DNA of 64,000 nt, from contig JBBCJC010000002.1 of the NCBI GenBank assembly GCA_037189525.1, forward strand, positions 1,024,001 through 1,088,000, read 5' to 3'. The notes beneath the pieces are model-generated. The model was given only the letters and a program-made list of their open reading frames with translations. It had not been told where the DNA came from and ran no database searches. A program made the translations under genes and the position numbers. Within the stretch, counting starts at the first letter, position 1. The number at the start of each line of letters is the position of its first letter. Positions 48,348 to 56,285 of this stretch are shown here, in pieces. Source of the DNA: Gemmatimonadales bacterium. Lineage in GTDB: Bacteria; Gemmatimonadota; Gemmatimonadetes; Gemmatimonadales; GWC2-71-9.

Positions 48348-49351
48348 AGATCGGCATCACTCACGACGCGGGCAGCGGTGACTGGGATCCGAAGGACGTG
48401 GCCGCGGTGCTCGAGAACGTCCGCGCGGTGCGGCGGGCGCTTCGAGCCGGCGGACACGAGACCACGGTCATTCCCGTCAAGCTCGGCGACGTGCGCTGGC
48501 TCCAGCGAGCCCAGCGGTGTGATGCCATTTTCAATCTGATCGAAGGGGTCAATGGGATTGCCCGCTACGAAGACTACGCGGTCGCGGCGCTCGATTTGAG
48601 CCGAATCCCGTACACGGGCTGCACGTCGTGGACCGTGACCATCGCGCACCGGAAACACATCGCCAACACGCTCTTTGCCGCGCACGGCGTTCCGGTGCCG
48701 CCCTTCGTCCACGCCAAGCGGGACACCGTGCCGACCGGTCTCAAGTTCCCGGTCATCGTGAAGCCGTCGGGTGAGGACGCGAGTGTCGGGATCGATTCCG
48801 GCTCGGTCTGCACCACCCGCAAGGCGCTCAAGGAACGCCTGGCCAAGGTCAAAGGCCTCTGGGACGACACGCTGGTGCAGGAGTATGTGCCGGGACGCGA
48901 GGTCAACGTCGGCTTCGTCGGTTCCGAGATGCTGCCGCTGTCGGAAATTGACTTCGCCAAGATGCCGCGCGGCAGCTGGCCGATCGTGACCTATGCCGCC
49001 AAGTGGGATGAGGGCAGCCCGGAAGACATCGGGACGGTGCCGATGTGTCCGGCGCCGCTCACGCCCGAACTCGCCAAACGGGTCGAAGCCGTCGCCCGGC
49101 TTGCCTGGCAAGTCATCGGACAGGAATCCGGCTACGGTCGGGTCGACATCCGGATTGCGCCGGACGGACAGCCGTACGTGTTGGAGGTCAATCCGAATCC
49201 CGACATCTCTGCCGATGCCGGGTTGGCGCGCATGGCGCGCGCCCACGGATGGAACTACGAGGCCCTGATTCAGAAAGTCGTCGAAGAGGCGCTCGAGCGT
49301 GCGGTGCGGCGGCGGGAGGCCGAGGCGCTCTACGTCAAGGCGACCGCATGA
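48344..49351 (+). CDS. D-Ala-D-Ala ligase-like ATP-grasp protein 2
   Basis: IFNLIEG, IPYTG, VKP..EDASVGI, EYVPGRE.NV, YGRVDIR, LEVNPNPD; ATGA overlaps at both ends. Confidence 0.85.
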   Translation: MKIGITHDAGSGDWDPKDVAAVLENVRAVRRALRAGGHETTVIPVKLGDVRWLQRAQRCDAIFNLIEGVNGIARYEDYAVAALDLSRIPYTGCTSWTVTIAHRKHIANTLFAAHGVPVPPFVHAKRDTVPTGLKFPVIVKPSGEDASVGIDSGSVCTTRKALKERLAKVKGLWDDTLVQEYVPGREVNVGFVGSEMLPLSEIDFAKMPRGSWPIVTYAAKWDEGSPEDIGTVPMCPAPLTPELAKRVEAVARLAWQVIGQESGYGRVDIRIAPDGQPYVLEVNPNPDISADAGLARMARAHGWNYEALIQKVVEEALERAVRRREAEALYVKATA

Positions 49352-49854
49352 TGGTTGCGGACCGGGTCTCGCGGATTCGCCTCCTCGAACCCGGTGACCG
49401 TCAGCGCGTCGAAGCGATGACACGCGCCACGGGCTTCTTCTTCGACTATGAGATCGACATTGCCCTCGAGGTGTTCGACGCCGCGACGGGGGCAGGAGCG
49501 GATGGGACGATCGACCCCGACTACGAAACGGCGGGTGTCGAGTCCGATGGTGTGCTGATCGCGTGGGCGTGCTGGGGGCCGGTGCCGGAAACGCCTCAGT
49601 CGTTCGATCTGTACTGGATCGTGGTCGACCCGACGGCACAAGGGTCCGGCTGCGGAACTGCGCTGTTGCAGGAGATGGACCGCCGAATCGCGGGGCGGGC
49701 AACACAGGTACTGGTCGAAACGAGCGGGCGGCCCGACTACGCGAAGACGCGGGCCTTTTACGAACGGCATGGGTATCGGCAGGTCGCGCGGGTCCCGGAT
49801 CACTTTGCACCCGGTGACGACCTCGTGCGGTATGCCCGGGACGTCCGCAGGTGA
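49348..49854 (+). CDS. GNAT family N-acyltransferase
   Basis: DLYWIVVDP..QGSGCGTALL (motif A), ETSGR.DY..TRAFYE.HGY. Confidence 0.88.
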   Translation: MMVADRVSRIRLLEPGDRQRVEAMTRATGFFFDYEIDIALEVFDAATGAGADGTIDPDYETAGVESDGVLIAWACWGPVPETPQSFDLYWIVVDPTAQGSGCGTALLQEMDRRIAGRATQVLVETSGRPDYAKTRAFYERHGYRQVARVPDHFAPGDDLVRYARDVRR

Positions 49855-49865
49855 GGAGAGGCTAG

Positions 49866-51029
49866 ATGGCGACGTGGCAGGAGCTACTCAAAACGCGATC
49901 GATCGCGAGTCTCGATAAGCTGGCCGAGCGGTTCGGGCCGGAGCATGTCGGGCAGATCGAACGCCTCAGGCAGGCGGTCGACAACTTCGAGTTCCGGATT
50001 TCTCCGGCCATGGTCGACCTGATCAAAGAGCCCGGAGATCCGATCTGGCGCCAGTACGTGCCGACCATGGCCGAGCTGGATGTCCAGGATGGCATCGTCG
50101 ACTCGCTCAACGAGGATGCCGACAGCCCGGTTCCCAACATCACGCATCGTTATCCCGATCGCGCGCTGTTCCTGGTCTCGCCGGTCTGCGCCAGCTACTG
50201 CCGTTTCTGCACTCGGCGCCGGAAGGTGGGCGACCCCGAGAAGATTCCGCTGACGCAGTTCGAAAGCGCCTTCCAGTATCTCGAGCAGCACACCGAGATC
50301 CGGGACGTCATCATGTCCGGCGGCGACCCGCTGATGCTCTCCGAGCGGCGGCTCGAAGCGATCCTGACTCGGCTGCGGGCCATTCCGCATCTCGAAATCA
50401 TTCGGATCGGGAGCCGGATTCCTTGCCACATGCCGGAGCGGATCACCCCGGAACTCTGCAGTACGCTGCACAAGTTCCATCCGCTCTTCATCAACACGCA
50501 TTTCAATCACCCGGACGAGCTGACGCCGGCCGCGGTGCGGGGACTCGGTATGCTCGCCGATGCCGGCATTCCGCTCGGCTGCCAGACCGTGCTGCTCAAG
50601 GGCGTCAACGACACGCCCGAAGTGATGGTGCGCCTGATGCAGAAGCTGCTGGCTGCGCGGGTCCGGCCGTACTACATCTACATGGCCGATCAGGTGGCCG
50701 GCGGCGAGCACTTCCGGACCTCGGTGGAAACCGGACTCCGGATCATGAAGGCGCTCCGCGGCTGGACCAGCGGTCTCGCCAGCCCGCATTTCGTGATCGA
50801 CGCGCCCGGTGGCGGCGGCAAGATTCCGCTGCTTCCGAATTACGTCGAAGATTTTGCCCAGGACGAAATCGTGCTGCGCAACTTCCGGGGTGATCGCTTC
50901 GTCTATAAGCAGCCGGAGCATGCGGCGGCGCCGGTCCGGAAGATCGATCCCGAGTATCTCTTCAATCCGGACTTCGACTTGCCGCGACCGATGAAGGCCA
51001 AAGCCACCCGGAAACGCAAGTCGGCCTGA
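49866..51029 (+). CDS. kamA: Lysine 2,3-aminomutase (KamA family radical SAM/PLP enzyme)
   Basis: THRYPDR, CASYCRFCTRRR, SGGDPL, IRIGSR, HFNHP.E, VLLKGVND, VRPYY, DAPGGGGKIP (PLP Lys). Confidence 0.9.
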   Translation: MATWQELLKTRSIASLDKLAERFGPEHVGQIERLRQAVDNFEFRISPAMVDLIKEPGDPIWRQYVPTMAELDVQDGIVDSLNEDADSPVPNITHRYPDRALFLVSPVCASYCRFCTRRRKVGDPEKIPLTQFESAFQYLEQHTEIRDVIMSGGDPLMLSERRLEAILTRLRAIPHLEIIRIGSRIPCHMPERITPELCSTLHKFHPLFINTHFNHPDELTPAAVRGLGMLADAGIPLGCQTVLLKGVNDTPEVMVRLMQKLLAARVRPYYIYMADQVAGGEHFRTSVETGLRIMKALRGWTSGLASPHFVIDAPGGGGKIPLLPNYVEDFAQDEIVLRNFRGDRFVYKQPEHAAAPVRKIDPEYLFNPDFDLPRPMKAKATRKRKSA

Positions 51030-51045
51030 GCCTGTCGTGATTTCC

Positions 51046-51082
51046 TGCGGCGGTCTCCGGCGTGATGCCGGGGGCCGCCGCA
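51046..51082. terminator. GC-rich stem-loop after kamA
   Basis: TGCGGCGGTCTCCGGC-GTGAT-GCCGGGGGCCGCCGCA; no U-tract on the + strand. Confidence 0.45.
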
Positions 51083-51119
51083 AGTCGTATCGCCGTTCCG
51101 TCATTCCACAGGACAGATT

Positions 51120-52103
51120 ATGCAGATAAGGCTTCTCAACGCGGGCGCCGTCCGCGAGCTGCTCCCGATGAGCGCATGCATCGACGCCATGCGGCAGGCC
51201 ATGAGCCTCGTTGCCACCGGTGACACGATCCAGCCCATCCGCCAGGCGATGTTCATCCCGAGCCAGAAAGGGCTCCTGAGCATGATGCCCGGCTACACTG
51301 CCAAGCCCGAGTGGTTGGGCATCAAAGTGATGTCGGTTTTCCCGGGGAACTTCGGTACCGCCTTCGGATCGCATCAGGGCTTCGTGATGCTTTTCGAAAC
51401 CGAGCATGGCGCGCCCAAAGCGATTCTCGATGGCCGGGAGATCACCGCGATCCGCACCGCCGCCGCCACCGCCGTGGCCACCGATGCGCTGGCCCGGCAG
51501 GACGTCAAGACGCTGGCGATCTTCGGCTACGGTGAGCAGGCGCACACCCACCTCGAAGCAGTTACTCAGGTCCGTACGTTCGAGCGCGCTCTGGTCTGGG
51601 GCCGCGACTTCGAGCGGACCCAAGCCTTCTGCGCCGAGCAGGCCAAACATCACAAGCTGGAGATCGTCCCCGTCAGGACGGCGGAGGAAGCGGCGGTTGG
51701 TGCGGATGTGCTCTGCACCACGACGGCGGCCAAGGAGCCGTACTATCAGGCGACCTGGCTTCGGCCGGGGCAGCACCTCAACGTGGTGGGCTCGAGCGTG
51801 CCGACGACTTCGGAAATCGATGTCGAGACCGTGGCGCGCACCAACCTGTACGTGGATTTCAAGGATAGCGCCCTGGCGCTCGCCGGTGATTTCCGCCGGG
51901 CCAAGGCCGCAGGTGCGGTAACCGACGATCACATCCGTGGCGCCATCGGCGAGGTGCTGACCGGCAAGATCCCTGGCCGAACCAGCGCCGATGAGATCAC
52001 TCTGTTCAAATCACTCGGCATGGTGGCCGAAGATCTGGTGTCGGCCGATCACATTCTCCACGAAGCGGAGCGGCGGGGCGTGGGGCAGGTGGTCGAGTGG
52101 TAG
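51120..52103 (+). CDS. Ornithine cyclodeaminase / mu-crystallin family protein
   Basis: MPGY, G.K..SVFPGN, ITAIRTAA, G.GEQA, GR....EITLFKSLG...EDL. Confidence 0.92.
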   Translation: MQIRLLNAGAVRELLPMSACIDAMRQAMSLVATGDTIQPIRQAMFIPSQKGLLSMMPGYTAKPEWLGIKVMSVFPGNFGTAFGSHQGFVMLFETEHGAPKAILDGREITAIRTAAATAVATDALARQDVKTLAIFGYGEQAHTHLEAVTQVRTFERALVWGRDFERTQAFCAEQAKHHKLEIVPVRTAEEAAVGADVLCTTTAAKEPYYQATWLRPGQHLNVVGSSVPTTSEIDVETVARTNLYVDFKDSALALAGDFRRAKAAGAVTDDHIRGAIGEVLTGKIPGRTSADEITLFKSLGMVAEDLVSADHILHEAERRGVGQVVEW

Positions 52104-52137
52104 CCTGACGCCGGTCGTCGACATCATCGGCCGATCG

Positions 52138-52179
52138 AAAAAAACAACGGCGCCCGGGTGGAAGCTTCGGGCGCCGTTT
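52138..52179. terminator. Bidirectional terminator
   Basis: AACGGCGCCCG/CGGGCGCCGTT stem with A-run on the left and TTT on the right, between convergent genes. Confidence 0.75.
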
Positions 52180-52187
52180 CCGTTGGG

Positions 52188-53366
52188 TCATCGTCGGGGC
52201 GAGGGAATCGAGATCACCATGTTCTCGAGCGGGATCTCGCCGCGGACGTCGCGGGCCGGCTGCGCGGCATTCGGGGTCCAGGGCTGCCCGGCAACCGCGC
52301 TGCCCATGGAGGGAATGCGACCCAACAGGCGGAATTCCTCGAAGGCAAACGGCAGCCCTTCTCCGAAGAGCACCTCCGCGGCGGCCGAGATCTGGAAGTG
52401 CAGGTGGGGGCCGCCGCTGTTGCCCGAGTTGCCGATCAGGCCGAGCAACTGACCGCGGGTGATCCGGTCGCCGGGTTTGACGCGAATCGAACCGGCCTTC
52501 ACGTGACTGTAGCTCGCGAAGAGCCCGTTACCGAACGCAATCGAGATCACATTGCCGGGAGCGGTCGTCGCGTCGATCTCCGTGGCCATCCGTCCGGATA
52601 ACGGAACGTTGTCGCCGATGCCGTCCCGGACCAGGACCACTTCGCCGTCGGTCGCGGAAAAGATCGAGTCGGCATAGCCGTACCACGATTCGTTGCGGGT
52701 CGAGTCGGCGCCGAACAGCCGGCCGTCGGCCCCCAGCTTGGCATAGTCGATGGCGAATCGCTGCGGCACCCGGGTGGCGCCGCCGACCGTGACCAATCCG
52801 GTACGGTGGCCGGAGGTGTTGGACGGGCCGCGCAGCATGACCCACGGTCCGCCGCGCACCGGCGATCCGATCTGCTCGACCCCGCGCTCGGGTAGCGTCA
52901 CCGGCGGCGCGATGAGCGTGTCACGGGTCGCTCCGCCGGCTTCGGAGGAGAAGACCAGGCGATGTACCAGGGTGCTGCCCATCAGCGACGGGTCCTTGGG
53001 GGTGAGCCAGATGAACACGACGCCTCGGCGGCCGGCGGGAATCGTCACGCTTGGTGCGCGCGGGCCGGGCGGCGCGCCGGTCAGCAGGAACCGGCCGGCC
53101 AGGGCGCGGTCGGACCATTGGTCGAGCACGGCGCCGCTTCCCGTTTCCACGCCGACTTCCTGGAGCACCAGCGGCGTGGTTCCCTGGTTGGTCAGGTGCA
53201 GCTCGTAGACCCAATGGGTTCGGCCCAGGGCGGTGACCGGGGCCGTCATGATCGGCACGACCACCTCTACAGGTGTCCTCGTAACCTGCTGTGCCAGAAC
53301 GAGTTGTGGCGCTATCAAGAGCCCGGCCGCGAGCCCGGCCCGCCAGGCGAGAGACGCTGTCATCAT
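52188..53366 (-). CDS. M23 family metallopeptidase, secreted
   Basis: RFAID, GNVI, YSH...GS..VK.GD...GQ.LG.IGNSGNS.GPHLHF. Confidence 0.87.
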   Translation of the reverse strand: MMTASLAWRAGLAAGLLIAPQLVLAQQVTRTPVEVVVPIMTAPVTALGRTHWVYELHLTNQGTTPLVLQEVGVETGSGAVLDQWSDRALAGRFLLTGAPPGPRAPSVTIPAGRRGVVFIWLTPKDPSLMGSTLVHRLVFSSEAGGATRDTLIAPPVTLPERGVEQIGSPVRGGPWVMLRGPSNTSGHRTGLVTVGGATRVPQRFAIDYAKLGADGRLFGADSTRNESWYGYADSIFSATDGEVVLVRDGIGDNVPLSGRMATEIDATTAPGNVISIAFGNGLFASYSHVKAGSIRVKPGDRITRGQLLGLIGNSGNSGGPHLHFQISAAAEVLFGEGLPFAFEEFRLLGRIPSMGSAVAGQPWTPNAAQPARDVRGEIPLENMVISIPSPRR

Positions 53367-53387
53367 CCGAAAGATCCCGATAAAGTC

Positions 53388-53423
53388 TTGACGACAGTAC
53401 TACTGTATTAGTACACTAGTCAA
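53388..53423 (+). promoter_or_regulatory. Sigma70 promoter with overlapping YtrA/GntR-type operator
   Basis: TTGACG-N18-TACACT; a TGTATTAGTACA element overlaps the -10. Confidence 0.6.
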
Positions 53424-53825
53424 GTGTTTACTCCACCGAATCCTTCGTCCGGTGTGCCGGTCTACCTGCAACTGATCGAGCAGGTCAAGCACGCCGTTGC
53501 CACCGGAATCCTGGCTCCCGGCGATCAGCTTCCCGGCATGCGGCGGGTCGCTGAGGAACTGGTCATCAATCCGAATACGGTGGCCAAGGCCTATCGTGAG
53601 CTCGAACACGACGGTTGGATCGAGCTTCGCCATGGGGCGGGAGCCTTCGTTGCGCAGGGACCGGCGCATCGCGATCGGGTGGCCCTCCTGTCCGAAGCGA
53701 GCGAGCGGGTCCGGGCGCTGGTCGAAGCGCTGCGTTCGGCGGGCGTGACCGACTCCGAATTGCGGCGGATCCTGGAAAGCGAGCTCAACCGGCAGAGTCC
53801 GCATCACCCGGCGGTGTTGCCGTGA
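53424..53825 (+). CDS. GntR family (YtrA subfamily) regulator
   Basis: PVYLQLIEQVK, GDQLP..R, INPNTVAKAYRELE..G; short C-terminal domain; ABC genes follow. Confidence 0.92.
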   Translation: MFTPPNPSSGVPVYLQLIEQVKHAVATGILAPGDQLPGMRRVAEELVINPNTVAKAYRELEHDGWIELRHGAGAFVAQGPAHRDRVALLSEASERVRALVEALRSAGVTDSELRRILESELNRQSPHHPAVLP

Positions 53826-54736
53826 GCGACGCCGATGTCATCGTTCTGCGCGAGCTCAGCAAGCGTCACGGCACCGTGCCGGCTCTCGACGGGCTGTCGC
53901 TCACGGTACCCCAGGGCAGCGTGACCGGTTTGCTCGGTCCCAATGGTGCGGGTAAGACCACGGCGATCAAACTGCTTCTCGGCATGGCGCGCCCCGACGG
54001 CGGAACGGGTCTGGTGTTTGGACAGCGGATCGATGCCGAAGCCGATAGCGTCAGGATTCGGCAGCGGACCGGATATGTTAGCGAGACCAAGGATCTCTAT
54101 CCCCACTTTACCGTCGATCAGATGGTCCATCTGACGCGCGGGCTCTATTCCACCTGGCGCTCCGATCTGGAGCGGCGCCTGCGAGGCAGCTTCGCCCTGC
54201 GCCCCGACGCCAAGGTGTCGACGCTATCCAAGGGCATGCGTACCAAGCTGTCGCTCTTGCTGGCCTGCTGTCGAGGCGCCGACCTGCTGGTGCTGGACGA
54301 GCCGACCGACGGGCTTGACCCGGTCGCTGCGGAGCTGGTGCTCGAAACCCTGATCGGTCTGGTGGCGCAGGACGGGCTGACGGTCCTGGTGTCGTCGCAC
54401 CAGCTGACGGAGGTCGAGCGAGTCGCTGACCGGGTGGTCATCGTCGATCGGGGCCAGGCTTGTCTCGAGGCGGGGCTCGACGACTTGCGGATGCGGGTTC
54501 GCATGGTGCGCATCGTGCTCGAAGGCGACGGGTCGGCGGTGGCGGGGCTCCGCTCGGAGCCGGGTGTGCTGGCGGTGAACCAGGCGGGGCGGGTGGTGAC
54601 GCTGCTGGTCGATGGCAGCGCCGAGTTGGTCATCGATCGGGCTCGGCGGTTTGCGTCGCCCGCTTCGATCGAAACCCTTCCGGCCACCCTGCGGGACCTC
54701 TTTCTCGGCCTGACCCGGAGCGCCGATGTGGCGTAA
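53822..54736 (+). CDS. ABC transporter ATP-binding protein (YtrB-like)
   Basis: GPNGAGKTT, LSKGM, LDEPTDGLDP, SSH; GTG at 53822. Confidence 0.92.
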   Translation: MSDADVIVLRELSKRHGTVPALDGLSLTVPQGSVTGLLGPNGAGKTTAIKLLLGMARPDGGTGLVFGQRIDAEADSVRIRQRTGYVSETKDLYPHFTVDQMVHLTRGLYSTWRSDLERRLRGSFALRPDAKVSTLSKGMRTKLSLLLACCRGADLLVLDEPTDGLDPVAAELVLETLIGLVAQDGLTVLVSSHQLTEVERVADRVVIVDRGQACLEAGLDDLRMRVRMVRIVLEGDGSAVAGLRSEPGVLAVNQAGRVVTLLVDGSAELVIDRARRFASPASIETLPATLRDLFLGLTRSADVA

Positions 54737-55379
54737 AGCCTGGGTCGAGACGCGCTGGTGGATTGCGCTGATGCTGATGCTCGATCTTGGCATCGCATCG
54801 CTCCTGATCGACAGCCCGGCCGGGGCCTGGCACGGTTTGCTGGACGGCGCGGTGCCGCTCGGCGCCGTCGTCAACGCGATCATGGTGGCGGGAACGGGGC
54901 TCGGAACCCGGACCTCGTACCGGCCCCTGGTCGCCATCGATCCGTCGATGCTGTTCACGCTTTCGCTGCCGATTACCCGCCGCCGTCTGGTGCTGACCCG
55001 AGTGGTCGTTGGCTTGCTGGGCATGACGGCGCTGATCACTCTGACTCTGCTGGCCTATCGGATCTTTGCTCCCGGCGTCCGCGAAACGGCGTCGATTGCT
55101 GCGTATTTTGGCTATGGCGTGGCGGTCTGGTCGGTCGCGGCGGTCGGGTTCGGCCTGTCCACGCTCCTGTCGGCGTGGCTGGACCAGCTCTGGCAGGTCT
55201 ATGCCACGATGGCGGTGATGTTCGGCGTGCTGTTCGGCTGGCCGGCTGCGCGGTTCTGGGGAGCGATCCTGAACGGCGAGGGGAGCAGAGGAACCGTGAT
55301 CGGCGTCGTGCTGGCTCTGACGCTCGCTGGGCTCCTGATCGAGGGCGCGGTCCGTTCCGTCGAGCGGCGCGATCTCTGA
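54726..55379 (+). CDS. ABC-2 type permease
   Basis: About six TM helices; FTLSLPITRRRL..TR motif. Confidence 0.78.
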   Translation: MWRKAWVETRWWIALMLMLDLGIASLLIDSPAGAWHGLLDGAVPLGAVVNAIMVAGTGLGTRTSYRPLVAIDPSMLFTLSLPITRRRLVLTRVVVGLLGMTALITLTLLAYRIFAPGVRETASIAAYFGYGVAVWSVAAVGFGLSTLLSAWLDQLWQVYATMAVMFGVLFGWPAARFWGAILNGEGSRGTVIGVVLALTLAGLLIEGAVRSVERRDL

Positions 55380-55415
55380 CGGCGGGGCCGCATCTGACCC
55401 CGCCGCCGGCGGTGG

Positions 55416-56171
55416 TCAGGCGCTCATGGCCATGGTGCGATGGAGCGGAGCCAGGCCGGACTGTGGCGTCGTCAGCTGGAATCCGCCGTGTCGCAAGGTC
55501 AGCTCCATGATCCACTCCCACCCGACCAGGTTCCGGAAGGTCTTGAGCGAAACCCCGAGATAGCGGGAGACCCAGCCGCGCATGGTCCGGGCCTCGGTGT
55601 TGGCGAACTGCGCCTGCTGTTCGACCGACCAGGTGTGGGGCTGCCCCTTGATGCGCACCAGCCGTTCGATGCAATTCCAGTCATAGCGCCCGAGGTCGCC
55701 CGCCTGGTGCAGCTGGTAGCGCAGGGTCCGGTCGGGCGTCGACGACGGGACGCCGTGTGCCGCGCCCCAGATCTGGCTCAAAGTCTGGCCCAGCCGGACG
55801 GAACCGGTTCGCCGGACGGCGTAACCCGCCAGCAACGAAGGGGTTGGCGCCGGGCGTCCGCGCGCCGCTGCGAGCAGCACGGCGGGCGGGATCGGCGCCA
55901 TCGGATCGGTCACGGTCAGAAACGCGGGCTGTCCCGGCAACGAGAACAGGTGCTGGAGCAGCCCGGCCGAAATCGAGGCCGGGGCCAGGACCAGACAGGG
56001 GACTGCCCAGGGGGCGCGCTCGAGCGTGTCGGCCAGCGAGGGACCACGGCTGCCATTGCGCCCGGTCGCAATTCGCACCACGGCAATCGTTCCCGGCGGG
56101 GTCGGCTTGCCCAGCAAGGGGACATCGTCGGTGTACGGCGGCTCGAGATACGTCAATTCGTGTGTAAACAT
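55416..56171 (-). CDS. Hypothetical protein with possible degenerate AraC-like HTH
   Basis: GGGGAG RBS before ATG 56171; C-terminal SVEQQA...EARTMRGWVSRYLGVS...FR. Confidence 0.5.
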   Translation of the reverse strand: MFTHELTYLEPPYTDDVPLLGKPTPPGTIAVVRIATGRNGSRGPSLADTLERAPWAVPCLVLAPASISAGLLQHLFSLPGQPAFLTVTDPMAPIPPAVLLAAARGRPAPTPSLLAGYAVRRTGSVRLGQTLSQIWGAAHGVPSSTPDRTLRYQLHQAGDLGRYDWNCIERLVRIKGQPHTWSVEQQAQFANTEARTMRGWVSRYLGVSLKTFRNLVGWEWIMELTLRHGGFQLTTPQSGLAPLHRTMAMSA

Positions 56172-56285
56172 GACTCCCCCTTGCAAGAACGAGAGGAGAG
56201 TATGCAGCGGCGCGGATTCGGCAAGAGGGCCGAATGGCCCTACGGGATCATGCCGGTCGACTCGGGCGGAGGACGGCCGGTGATT

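Noticed and set aside
47220..49351. Calling the ATP-grasp genes ddl or vanA/vanB
   Set aside because: No Ddl N-terminal motif, no dcw context and no vanH/vanX/vanRS neighbours.
49866..51029. Calling the aminomutase epmB or glutamate 2,3-aminomutase
   Set aside because: No efp/epmA nearby; the DAPGGGGK motif and both lysine-binding Asp residues fit KamA-type enzymes.
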